A stretch of DNA of 64,000 bases, from the IMG/VR virus record IMGVR_UViG_3300034095_000847. The stretch is one strand, 5' to 3'. Positions 55,433-64,000 of the stretch are shown piece by piece. The stretch is from a virus. The position numbers were made by a program, and so were the translations under genes. Below the pieces are notes generated by a model. That model saw nothing but the letters and a program-made list of their open reading frames with translations. It made no database searches and had not been told where the DNA came from. How positions within the stretch are numbered: position 1 is the first letter of the stretch; every line of letters begins with the position of its first letter.

Positions 55433-55807
55433 ATGAAAACCTTTAAAGAATTTACCGAAGATTGCAATTGCTGGAAAGGATATAAAAGAGTTCCTGGAAC
55501 TAAACCATGCGCACCTAAAAGCTGTGTGAAAGAAGAAGAACTTACTGAATATGCTATTGATGCTAAAGGCCATAAGAGTTCAGAAGGTGGATTGACTCAG
55601 AAAGGTGTAGATGATTACAATAGAAAAACTGGTGGTCATTTACAGATGGCTGTAACAACTCCTCCTTCTAAGTTAAAACCTGGAAGTAAAGATGCTAATC
55701 GTAGAAAATCTTTTTGCGCTAGAATGTCTGGTGTTGAAGGTCCTATGAAAGATGAAAAAGGTAGACCTACAAGAAAAGCTTTAGCATTAAGAAAATGGAA
55801 CTGCTAA
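55433..55807 (+). CDS. putative internal head protein
   Basis: MKTFKEFTE capsid-targeting-like start; basic body GGLTQKG...RRKSFCARM...ALRKWNC. Confidence 0.65.
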   Translation: MKTFKEFTEDCNCWKGYKRVPGTKPCAPKSCVKEEELTEYAIDAKGHKSSEGGLTQKGVDDYNRKTGGHLQMAVTTPPSKLKPGSKDANRRKSFCARMSGVEGPMKDEKGRPTRKALALRKWNC

Positions 55808-55858
55808 AATAGTTTCTTTTTAGTAAACAGTCTATTTCCTTTTTAGTTAAAAATAATC

Positions 55859-55912
55859 GTTTACATTTCCAAAAATCATGATATAATAGACTCATAAATT
55901 AAATAAATGAGT
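55859..55912 (+). promoter_or_regulatory. early promoter cassette with stem-loop
   Basis: GTTTAC-N17-TATAAT-AGACTCAT...ATGAGT. Confidence 0.82.
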
Positions 55913-55921
55913 AACTATATT

Positions 55922-56026
55922 ATGAATAAAGAAATATTAAAACCAGTAACAGATTTACTACTAAGCATACCAGTTATGTTTCAGTTAATCATCCCAACAG
56001 TTATCCTTGCATTGGATAACATTTAA
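55922..56026 (+). CDS. 34-aa hydrophobic early peptide
   Basis: MNKEILKPVTDLLLSIPVMFQLIIPTVILALDNI, first ORF after the promoter cassette. Confidence 0.45.
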   Translation: MNKEILKPVTDLLLSIPVMFQLIIPTVILALDNI

Positions 56027-56047
56027 ATTATTGAGGAATTATATATT

Positions 56048-56239
56048 ATGAGCAACAAAATCGTAGAAAAATACAAAGCAATGCCAATCGAAGACCTTTT
56101 CGGAGAATTCTCTGATTGGTTCAAAGATGTTAATGGTGTTCGCCCTCGTCATATTGCTCCAACTGATAGAGATTCTATCATTGCTTGGATTATTAATGAA
56201 GTCGTTTTTGACGACCCTTCTTACTACAAAGAGGTTTAA
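56048..56239 (+). CDS. hypothetical early protein
   Basis: FSDWFKDVNGVRPRH; GAGG RBS. Confidence 0.65.
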   Translation: MSNKIVEKYKAMPIEDLFGEFSDWFKDVNGVRPRHIAPTDRDSIIAWIINEVVFDDPSYYKEV

Positions 56240-56241
56240 TT

Positions 56242-56451
56242 ATGTTTAAATATGGTGTTTATAGTTTTAATGGTGCAAACGGCGAAGAAGGTACTACTAT
56301 GGTAAAATCTTTCGATAAGAAAGAAGATGCTAAGAAATGTGCACAAGGTTATAACGCAGTTTTGACTAGAGATGAAAAAAGATTTTTTGAAATGAAGTAT
56401 AAAGTTAGAATCTTCAGAGTTGGTGAAACAATTGATATTAATTTAATATAA
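56242..56451 (+). CDS. hypothetical early protein
   Basis: GAGG RBS; 69 aa. Confidence 0.55.
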   Translation: MFKYGVYSFNGANGEEGTTMVKSFDKKEDAKKCAQGYNAVLTRDEKRFFEMKYKVRIFRVGETIDINLI

Positions 56452-56453
56452 AC

Positions 56454-56506
56454 GTTTACATTCTCTGAATTTATGATATAATAGACCCATAAACTAATTA
56501 ATTGAG
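56454..56506 (+). promoter_or_regulatory. early promoter cassette
   Basis: GTTTAC-N17-TATAAT-AGACCCATAAA. Confidence 0.8.
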
Positions 56507-56516
56507 ATATTATATA

Positions 56517-57851
56517 ATGATACTACAAATACTGAATGAACTTCAAGCAAACAATTCTAGAAACTTCAAAATCGAATTACTTACCAAACATAAAGACAAT
56601 GAACTCCTAAAAGAGGTTTGTAGATTAGCAAATGATCCATTCACCCAGTTCTATCAAAGAAAGATTCCAAAGTATGAACCTAATACTTTTCTCCTAAGTG
56701 ATAATAATCTAGATTGGGCTATCCAAGAATTAGTTGAACAATTAGCTAGTCGCAAAATTACTGGTAATAATGCTATTACACATTTGGAGTTTATTCTTGA
56801 AAATGTAACAGCAAACAACGCCAAGGTCATTGAACGTATCATACAGAAAGACTTGAAGTGTGGTGTTAATACTTCTACAGTCAATAAGGTTTGGAAGAAC
56901 CTAATACCAGAGTTCCCTTGTATGTTATGTTCTCCATTTGAACAGAAGTTGGTTGATAAGATTACATTCCCCGCCATAGTCCAAAAGAAAGAAGATGGTA
57001 TGAGATTTAATGCTATTGTTAAATTTGATAAGGATTTAAAAGGTACAGTTGAGTTTCGTTCAAGGAATGGTAAAGAGATTTCATTACTAGGCAGTCTGGA
57101 AAAAGAATTCATCGAATTAGCATATGGTAAAGATCTTGTGTTTGATGGTGAACTTCTGGTGTATGATACAGTTGAAACAGATTCAAAAGGTAAGATATGT
57201 GATAGGCAAACAGGGAATGGTATCCTAAACAAAGCAGTAAAGGGAACTATATCAAAAGAAGAAGCAGATAGAGTTGTTGCTACTCTTTGGGACCAAATAC
57301 CATATAAAGATTTCCTCGCTGGTAAATGTGACCAGCCTTATAGATATAGATTAAAAAGATTAGACTATCTTTTGGCACGATTACCAAGTGAAGCTAAGAT
57401 TGAATTAGTTGAAACCTTTGAGGTTCATTCATTAGAACAAACTCAAACAATATTCCAAAACTATCTAGATGATGGCGATGAAGGCATCATTCTTAAAGAT
57501 CCAAATTCATTATGGGAAAACAAAAGATCTAAAGGACAAATAAAGTTCAAAGCTGAATTAGATTGCGATCTGAAAGTAATGAGTGTTATATCTGGAACAG
57601 GTAAATATGCTGATGCTATAGGTTCATTATATTGTGAATCTTCTGATGGTAAAGTAAAGGTATATGTTGGTTCAGGATTTACTGATGAGCAAAGAAATGC
57701 ACCACCGAGTGAATACTTTGACAAAATTATTGCTGTGAAGTATAATGCTAGAATCAAGAATGTTCAAGGTGAAGAATCTTTGTTTCTCCCAATATTTTTA
57801 TGTTTGAGACCAGATAAGGATGAAGCAGATAATTCAACTAAAATTAAATAA
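56517..57851 (+). CDS. gp30: ATP-dependent DNA ligase gp30
   Basis: KEDGMR, FDGEL, EGIILK, WENKRS, VGSGFTD, LFLPIF. Confidence 0.95.
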   Translation: MILQILNELQANNSRNFKIELLTKHKDNELLKEVCRLANDPFTQFYQRKIPKYEPNTFLLSDNNLDWAIQELVEQLASRKITGNNAITHLEFILENVTANNAKVIERIIQKDLKCGVNTSTVNKVWKNLIPEFPCMLCSPFEQKLVDKITFPAIVQKKEDGMRFNAIVKFDKDLKGTVEFRSRNGKEISLLGSLEKEFIELAYGKDLVFDGELLVYDTVETDSKGKICDRQTGNGILNKAVKGTISKEEADRVVATLWDQIPYKDFLAGKCDQPYRYRLKRLDYLLARLPSEAKIELVETFEVHSLEQTQTIFQNYLDDGDEGIILKDPNSLWENKRSKGQIKFKAELDCDLKVMSVISGTGKYADAIGSLYCESSDGKVKVYVGSGFTDEQRNAPPSEYFDKIIAVKYNARIKNVQGEESLFLPIFLCLRPDKDEADNSTKIK

Positions 57852-57881
57852 ATAATGTTTAATAATTAATAACTTATAATA

Positions 57882-58028
57882 ATGCGACATAAATTTTACT
57901 ATAAAAATGGATTATGGTATTGCGAATTTGGTTCATTCCATTGCCTAGGAAGTGGATCAACACCAAAGGAAGCATTTGAACTATTCCAAAGTATGGTATG
58001 TAGATTATACGTTCCTACACAAAGTTAA
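57882..58028 (+). CDS. 48-aa hypothetical protein
   Basis: MRHKFYYKNGLWYCEFGSFHCLGSGSTPKEAFELFQSMVCRLYVPTQS; not in the ORF track. Confidence 0.45.
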   Translation: MRHKFYYKNGLWYCEFGSFHCLGSGSTPKEAFELFQSMVCRLYVPTQS

Positions 58029-58099
58029 ATATTATTTTTATAATGGTTTACATTTTATGGATTCTATGATATTATAGATCTATATTAATTGGAGGTGAA

Positions 58100-58666
58100 A
58101 TGTATTGTTTTGATTTAGAAAGTTTAGGAGTTGAATCAAACTCCGTTGTATTATCTGTTGCAATAGTTTATTTTGATCCAGATGAAGATCTTAATTATGA
58201 TAAACTATTGAACAGAACTTTGTTCCTAAAACTTGATGCTAAAGATCAAGTCAAACGCCTTAATAGAGTCATTGATAAAGGTACTCTAGAATGGTGGTCT
58301 AAGCAACACAAATATCTACAAGATATTAGTCTGCACCCAAAGCCCGATGATCTAAAAGCTGAAGAGGCTATTCAAAAAGTAAAAGACTATATTAATATGT
58401 TCCCAAATCCAGAGAATCAAACCATTTGGGTTAGAGGTTCAATGGACCAGCCGATGATCGATAGTTTATCTAAAGCAGTATCCACCGATCCAATTATGAG
58501 ATATAATAACTATAGAGATCTTAGAACTGCAATTGATATTATGTATGGTTCATCTAATGGCTATTGCGAAGTTGAAGACTTTAGTAAAGATAAAGTAATT
58601 AAGCACCATCCAGTCCATGATATCTGCTATGACGTAATGATGTTACTAAAAGGAAAACATGTCTAA
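58100..58666 (+). CDS. dexA: 3'-5' exonuclease, DexA-like
   Basis: FDLESLG, TLEWWSKQ, WVRGSMD, RDLRT, HHPVHD; GGAGG RBS. Confidence 0.8.
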   Translation: MYCFDLESLGVESNSVVLSVAIVYFDPDEDLNYDKLLNRTLFLKLDAKDQVKRLNRVIDKGTLEWWSKQHKYLQDISLHPKPDDLKAEEAIQKVKDYINMFPNPENQTIWVRGSMDQPMIDSLSKAVSTDPIMRYNNYRDLRTAIDIMYGSSNGYCEVEDFSKDKVIKHHPVHDICYDVMMLLKGKHV

Positions 58667-61163
58667 ATTCTATACAAGTGTACTACAAGTATCTAATAAC
58701 ATCTTACTTCGAGGTTATGAAGATGGCAAACGAATCCATACAAAGGTTGACTTCAAACCTACCTTATTTGTCTCATCCAAGACTCCAACCAAATGGAAGA
58801 CTCTTACTAATGAATACGTAGGTGAACTACATCCTGGTAGTATAACTGACACTAAAGAGTTTATCAAAAGCTATGGTGAGGTTGAGAATTTCAAAATATA
58901 CGGAATGCAAGACTTCACTAAACAGTTTATATCTGAATATTATCCAGGTGAAATCGAATATGACCAATCAGTAATGAATATCACAACTATTGATATTGAA
59001 ACTACCACTGAGCATGGCTTAAGCATTGATGAAGTTATTAAAGATCCAGTAGAAGAGATTACCCTTATATCAGTAAAAAATAGAAACTCAACTGATATTG
59101 TAACCTTTGGTACAAAGCCGTATGATAAGGTAAATGCTGATGGTCCATATATTAAATGCCAAAGTGAGGCTCATTTACTTCGTGAGTTCATGACTCATTG
59201 GACTTTGAATTATCCTGATATTGTAACAGGTTGGAACACCAACGGATATGACTTTCCATATCTAATCCGTAGAATGGCCAGAATTATAGATGATCAAATC
59301 ATTAATAAATTATCACCTTGGGGTCGTGTTCGTGAACGATTGTATAAAGACCAGAATGGTAATGATAAGATCGGTTATAATATTGAAGGCATTGCAATGC
59401 TTGATTATAAAGAACTATTTGCTAAGTTTGGTAAAATCCCTGTAGATGATATGAAACTTGATACAGTTGCCAATACAGTTCTTGGTGAAAAGAAACTTGA
59501 AAATCCATATAATTCCTTTAAAGACTTTTATACAAAAGATTGGTCATTATTTGTAGACTATAATAGGACCGACGTTAGACTTGTAGATAAATTGGATGAG
59601 AAGCTTAAACTTATTCAGATTGCTGTATCACTTGCATATTATTCAAAGATTAATCTTGACGAAGTATATGGTCCAGTAAATATGTGGGACTCAATCATTT
59701 ATAATAGACTAAAGAACAAGAATATTGTTATACCACCTAAGAAGAATTCTATTAAAACAGGTAAGTATGAAGGTGCATATGTTCAGATACCGGTAGTTGG
59801 CAAACATAAGTACATTGCATCATTCGATTTAGCATCTCTATATCCGCATTTGATTATGCAATACAATATTAGTCCTGAGACTCTTACTGATACTAGAATA
59901 CCTTGTACTGTCGATGAGCTATTATCAAAGTCATTTGATAATTCCCATATTAAAGAGCAGAATTTATCTCTAACTGCAAATGGTTGGTGTTATCGTAAAG
60001 ATGTTCGTGGCTTCTTACCTGAAATTATGGAAGAAGTATATGCCGACCGTAGTAATTATAAAAATGAAATGCTTAAGTATGAGCAGTTAATTGAATCTGA
60101 TAAGTACAATAAAGAATATCAGAATGCTCAAAGTTCTTCCAATGCTATGCAATTAGCAGTAAAAGAAGCATTAAACAGTGTGTATGGCGCAATAGGTAAT
60201 TCATGGTTCAGGTATTATGACTTAAGAATGGCAGAAAGTATTACTCTATCAGGTCAGTTATCTAATCGATGGAATGCTAATATGTTGGATGAGTATTTTA
60301 ACAAAGCAAATAAAACAGAAGATATCCAATATGTTATTGCTGGTGATACCGATTCTAATTATCTAACCTTAGAAGCAGTTGTAGAATCTGTATGTCCTGA
60401 TAAATCTATCAATGAAAAGATAGCTTTCATGGATACATTCTGTGCTAAAATAATTGAACCTTTGATTGACCGTTCATATATAAAAATGGCAGACTATATG
60501 AATGCCTATGAACAGAAAATGAAAATGAAACGTGAAGTATTGGCTGACGTTGGAGTATTTGTAGCCAAGAAAAGATACTTTCTTCGAGTACATAATTCTG
60601 AAGGTGTTCAATATGCTGAACCTAAACTAAAAGTAACTGGCCTAGAGTTGGTTAAGTCTTCTACACCTCAGGTATGTAGGAAAAAACTAAAAGACTCATT
60701 GAATATTATATTAGATGGTGATCAAGATCAAATCAATAAGTATGTGAATGACTTTAAAATTGAGTTCGAATCTCTTGCTTCATCAAGTATTGGTCGACCT
60801 TCAGGTATTAATGGTCTTAAGAAGTTTAGTGATAAGACTAATGTATTTGCTAAAGGTACTCCCATGCATGTACGCGGAGCTCTTTGGTATAATCATTTAA
60901 TAGACAAATATAAACTATCAAAGACACATGAAAAAATACTTGACAGTGATAAAGTAAAGGTAGTGTTCTTGAGAACTCCAAATCCCATTAATCAAAATGT
61001 AATATCCATCAAAGATAAAATACCGGAAGAATTTGGATTAGAAAAATATATCGATTATGATACACAATTTGAAAAAGTATTTATAAACCCTCTTCAAATT
61101 ATGCTTGAACCAATCGGTTGGAAATTAAATAACTCAGCAAACCTGGATGAATTTTTTGGATAA
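58659..61163 (+). CDS. gp43: family B DNA polymerase gp43
   Basis: DIETT, GWNTNGYD, SFDLASLYP, K..LNSVYG, GDTDS, KKRY. Confidence 0.97.
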   Translation: MSKFYTSVLQVSNNILLRGYEDGKRIHTKVDFKPTLFVSSKTPTKWKTLTNEYVGELHPGSITDTKEFIKSYGEVENFKIYGMQDFTKQFISEYYPGEIEYDQSVMNITTIDIETTTEHGLSIDEVIKDPVEEITLISVKNRNSTDIVTFGTKPYDKVNADGPYIKCQSEAHLLREFMTHWTLNYPDIVTGWNTNGYDFPYLIRRMARIIDDQIINKLSPWGRVRERLYKDQNGNDKIGYNIEGIAMLDYKELFAKFGKIPVDDMKLDTVANTVLGEKKLENPYNSFKDFYTKDWSLFVDYNRTDVRLVDKLDEKLKLIQIAVSLAYYSKINLDEVYGPVNMWDSIIYNRLKNKNIVIPPKKNSIKTGKYEGAYVQIPVVGKHKYIASFDLASLYPHLIMQYNISPETLTDTRIPCTVDELLSKSFDNSHIKEQNLSLTANGWCYRKDVRGFLPEIMEEVYADRSNYKNEMLKYEQLIESDKYNKEYQNAQSSSNAMQLAVKEALNSVYGAIGNSWFRYYDLRMAESITLSGQLSNRWNANMLDEYFNKANKTEDIQYVIAGDTDSNYLTLEAVVESVCPDKSINEKIAFMDTFCAKIIEPLIDRSYIKMADYMNAYEQKMKMKREVLADVGVFVAKKRYFLRVHNSEGVQYAEPKLKVTGLELVKSSTPQVCRKKLKDSLNIILDGDQDQINKYVNDFKIEFESLASSSIGRPSGINGLKKFSDKTNVFAKGTPMHVRGALWYNHLIDKYKLSKTHEKILDSDKVKVVFLRTPNPINQNVISIKDKIPEEFGLEKYIDYDTQFEKVFINPLQIMLEPIGWKLNNSANLDEFFG

Positions 61164-61704
61164 TATTAGAATAATTAAAACTGGAATTAATGTCTCAAAG
61201 ATATTAAAACAATTAGAAAAGTATCCTAATGATTGGGGTGCTCAAAAAACAATGGAAGGAGCATTGTCTATGCTTGACAAAGGTTTTCCTGAAATTAGTG
61301 CAGGTGTTCTTCAATTAGTAATGGGTGGTGTTGAGAACATAGATCAATATGTTGGAGATACAGATATTTGCGTAGAAACTCCTGCATATAAAAGGCATAC
61401 TGAAATAGTAGGTTTTCTGAAACGTAATTTCAAAAATTCCAGTAGATGTGGTTTTTTATCTTTACCTATTGGTGGAATAGTTGGTAGGCATATTGATATT
61501 GGAGATTATTATCTTACAAGAGATAGGTATCATTTATCAATTCAAGGAACTTATCGATATTCAGTAGGAGATGAATCTGTTATTGTAGAACCTGGAACAT
61601 TACTTTGGTTTAATAATAAGTTAGAACATGGAACAGAAAACTTAGGCGATTGTATAAGAATTACCTTTGTATTCGATGTACCACATTCTAAAAATAATCC
61701 ATAA
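61147..61704 (+). CDS. 2OG-Fe(II) dioxygenase (Asp/Asn beta-hydroxylase-like)
   Basis: HID...RYHLSI...GTLLWFNNKLEH...RITFVFD. Confidence 0.8.
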   Translation: MNFLDNIRIIKTGINVSKILKQLEKYPNDWGAQKTMEGALSMLDKGFPEISAGVLQLVMGGVENIDQYVGDTDICVETPAYKRHTEIVGFLKRNFKNSSRCGFLSLPIGGIVGRHIDIGDYYLTRDRYHLSIQGTYRYSVGDESVIVEPGTLLWFNNKLEHGTENLGDCIRITFVFDVPHSKNNP

Positions 61705-61769
61705 TAATAGTTTACAATATTAATAATTTATATTATAATAGTTGAATAAATTAACAAATGAGGTAATTA

Positions 61770-62633
61770 ATGAGTGCATTATTAGAACGAATTAAAAAGA
61801 ATAGTACGATTAAAGATTCTTCAATATTATCATCTTCAAAGTTCTTTACTAAGAAAGATATGGTAACAACTCCAATCCCTGCTCTTAATATCGCATTATC
61901 CGGTAGAATTGATGGTGGATTAACTCCAGGTCTTACTTTATTTTGTGGACCAAGTAAGCATTTTAAATCATTATTCTCTTTGATACTTGCTAAGTCTTAT
62001 ATGGATAAGTATCCAGAATCTGTATTGATATTCTATGATTGTGAATTTGGTACGCCCGAATCTTATTTCGATTCTCTTGCCATTGATAAAGAACGGGTAA
62101 TACATACACCCATTATGAATATGGAAGAGTTTAAATTTGATGTAATACATCAATTACAAGAAATTAAACGTGGTGATAAAGTTATCTTTATTATAGATTC
62201 ACTTGGTAATATGTCGTCAAAGAAAGAAATGGACGATGCTATTGATGGTAAATCTGTTACAGATATGTCAAGAGCAAAGCAAATGAAGTCTATCTTTAGG
62301 ATGATAACTCCATATCTAGTTAAGTATGATATCCCAATGGTTGCAGTAAATCATATCTATATGTGTGGAACTGAAGAAATGGAAGTTATCTCAGATAAAG
62401 GATCTATAAGCTTAAAAGATATTATTCCAGGAATGTTAGTAGAAACTACTAAAGGTCTTCAACCAGTAACAAATGTTTTTAAATACGAAGATGCCTTTAT
62501 TACAGATATTGAAATGGAAGATGGAACTATATTATCATTTACTCAAGGTCATAAGTTTATGATAAATGGTGAATGGGTTTTAGTTGAGGATTTAGTTGAA
62601 GGAATGGAATTGGATGTGAAATCAGGTTTTTAA
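61770..62633 (+). CDS. uvsX: UvsX recombinase N-terminal fragment (198 aa) fused to a split-intein N-half (89 aa)
   Basis: GPSKHFKS Walker A, IDSLGN, AVNHIYM, then CGTEEMEV...FTQGHKF (intein blocks A and B) from 62364. Confidence 0.92.
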   Translation: MSALLERIKKNSTIKDSSILSSSKFFTKKDMVTTPIPALNIALSGRIDGGLTPGLTLFCGPSKHFKSLFSLILAKSYMDKYPESVLIFYDCEFGTPESYFDSLAIDKERVIHTPIMNMEEFKFDVIHQLQEIKRGDKVIFIIDSLGNMSSKKEMDDAIDGKSVTDMSRAKQMKSIFRMITPYLVKYDIPMVAVNHIYMCGTEEMEVISDKGSISLKDIIPGMLVETTKGLQPVTNVFKYEDAFITDIEMEDGTILSFTQGHKFMINGEWVLVEDLVEGMELDVKSGF

Positions 62634-63545
62634 TAAATAAATCATATATACATTTTAAAGGAATTAAAAATATGGATTATTTAAAGCATTATGAATTATT
62701 AATTAATAGAGCAAAAAATAGAACAAAACTTATTGGGTATATTGAAAAACACCACATTGTTCCTAGATGTGTAGGTGGTACTGATGATGAGGAAAATATT
62801 TGTGAATTAACTGCTGAAGAACATTATGTAGCACATCAACTTCTAGCAAAAATGAATCCAGATAATATAGGTTTATGGTCAGCCTGCAAATTGATGAGCA
62901 AAAGATGCGGGGTGACTAATAATAAAGTATATGGTTGGATAAGAAAAAAATCAAATATTTTGGTTGGCAAATCAATATCAAAATCTTATGTAGACAAGAA
63001 AGATAAAATTGCGATATTAGCAGGATTTAAAAATTATGACGATATTTCAAAAACCATATGGCACTTATTTATTAATGAAAAACTACATTATAATACTATA
63101 ACAGAAAAATTTGATATAAAACGCTATTTTGTGACAAAGTCTTTACAACAATATTCAGACAATAATAATTTAAGTGATATTTTTAAACAAGGCCAATATG
63201 ATCTTAAATGCAGAAGTCAAAAAATAGGTAGATCTAAATTTACAAAAGAACAAGAAACTTGTAGGATAAATTCGGTAAAATCTATGGATTATGCATCAAG
63301 AACATTGAAAACTGGAAGTAGAATTGGTGAATTAAATCCAGTATTTGGTAAAACTTGGGTACATAAAATTTTATTATGTCCGCATTGTAATAAAGAAGTT
63401 GGCGGTAAACGTTGGCATTTTGATAATTGTAGGAGTAAAAATGAAAATAAAATCGATTAAATTTAATACCAGAAGAGCAGATGTTTATGATATTGAGACT
63501 CCAACACATGATTATATATTAAAGAATGGAATAATTTCGCATAAT
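62364..63545 (+). mobile_element. naturally split intein (IntN 62364-62630, IntC 63441-63545) with an intervening HNH endonuclease gene
   Basis: Cys1, TxxH, VYDI, terminal SHN and Thr+1; the joined exteins restore a contiguous UvsX. Confidence 0.9.
62672..63460 (+). CDS. free-standing HNH homing endonuclease (MobE-like)
   Basis: YIEKHHIVPRCVGGTDDEENICELTAEEHYVAHQLL; C-terminal CPHC...WHFDNC; AAGGA RBS; AATAAATA at 62632. Confidence 0.88.
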   Translation: MDYLKHYELLINRAKNRTKLIGYIEKHHIVPRCVGGTDDEENICELTAEEHYVAHQLLAKMNPDNIGLWSACKLMSKRCGVTNNKVYGWIRKKSNILVGKSISKSYVDKKDKIAILAGFKNYDDISKTIWHLFINEKLHYNTITEKFDIKRYFVTKSLQQYSDNNNLSDIFKQGQYDLKCRSQKIGRSKFTKEQETCRINSVKSMDYASRTLKTGSRIGELNPVFGKTWVHKILLCPHCNKEVGGKRWHFDNCRSKNENKID

Positions 63546-64000
63546 ACACAAGAGATGTACAGTAAACCAGTAGTATCTGGTGGAACAGGTATATACCTTT
63601 CAGCCGATAACATCTTTATACTTGGTCGTCAACAAGAGAAAGATGGAACTGAGTTAGCAGGTTATAACTTTATCATTAATGTAGAGAAGTCTAGACAGTC
63701 CCGTGAAAAGTCCAAGATACCAGTTACAGTTAAATTTGAAGGTGGTATTAGTAAATGGTCAGGTTTATTGGAAATGTCTTTAGAATCAGGTCATGTAATT
63801 AAACCAAGTAATGGTTGGTATTCAAAAGTTAACACTGAAACAGGCGAAGTAGAAGATAAAAAGTACAGAATAAAAGATACTGATACTAAAGACTTTTGGT
63901 TACCTATTATATCAAGTACCAGTTTCCAAGAATGGATTAAAAAGAATTATCAAGTTTCAAATGGTGCTATTATATCAGATGAATCTATTGAAGAAGAATT
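63441..64000 (+). CDS. uvsX: split-intein C-half (35 aa) fused to the UvsX C-terminal fragment; runs off the window
   Basis: AGGAG RBS at 63431; MKIKSIKFNTRRADVYDIETPTHDYILKNGIISHN/TQEMYSKPVVSGGTGIYLSADNIFILGRQQEKDG...NVEKSR...KWSGLL...KPSNGWY; not in the ORF track. Confidence 0.92.
   Translation, partial: MKIKSIKFNTRRADVYDIETPTHDYILKNGIISHNTQEMYSKPVVSGGTGIYLSADNIFILGRQQEKDGTELAGYNFIINVEKSRQSREKSKIPVTVKFEGGISKWSGLLEMSLESGHVIKPSNGWYSKVNTETGEVEDKKYRIKDTDTKDFWLPIISSTSFQEWIKKNYQVSNGAIISDESIEEE

Noticed and set aside
56654-57757. Antisense ORFs within DNA ligase, and similar short antisense ORFs throughout the track
   Set aside because: They lie opposite well-supported genes and are explained by codon bias.
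62631-63441. uvsX as a pseudogene or assembly error
   Set aside because: Both halves are intact, join exactly at intein splice residues and have translation signals.
62364-63545. Group I intron interrupting uvsX
   Set aside because: The inserted flanks are protein-coding with intein motifs (Cys1, TxxH, SHN/T), the downstream half has its own RBS and ATG, and there is almost no non-coding sequence for a ribozyme core.
1-64000. Alternative genetic code or stop-codon reassignment
   Set aside because: Core genes translate full length in the standard code; the only fractured gene is explained by the split intein.

Overview
A 64-kb segment of an AT-rich T4-like myophage genome, almost entirely on the + strand. 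In order: tail-fibre and virion accessory genes (1-13.6 kb); the T4 core neck, terminase, tail and head module gp13-14-15-17-18-19-20-67-68-21-22-23-3, with no gp16 at its usual place; recombination, transcription and replication genes (uvsY, uvsW, gp55, gp47, gp46, gp45, gp44, gp62, regA, hsp20); an envelope-oriented accessory island at 44-53.7 kb; early small ORFs; then DNA ligase, dexA, gp43 and uvsX. The most notable observations are: (1) uvsX is fractured into two genes, each carrying half of a naturally split intein, with a free-standing MobE-like HNH endonuclease between them (the C-half is missing from the ORF track); (2) a late-promoter-driven curli-type operon (CsgF, CsgG, curlin-like protein, FecR, three paralogous membrane proteins, holin) converges on a CHASE2 adenylate cyclase; (3) an unannotated 24-aa PqqA precursor peptide gene hints at a PQQ-using, possibly methylotrophic, host; (4) two different GIY-YIG endonuclease genes share a 5' leader hairpin with compensatory base changes; (5) a pseudoknotted, CCA-ending candidate ncRNA lies before hsp20; (6) a gp67-like head polyprotein has repeated modules with variable cores; (7) a two-gene cassette is flanked by a ~100-bp duplication of the gp13 promoter and start. 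All calls come from motif recognition by eye; no database searches were run.
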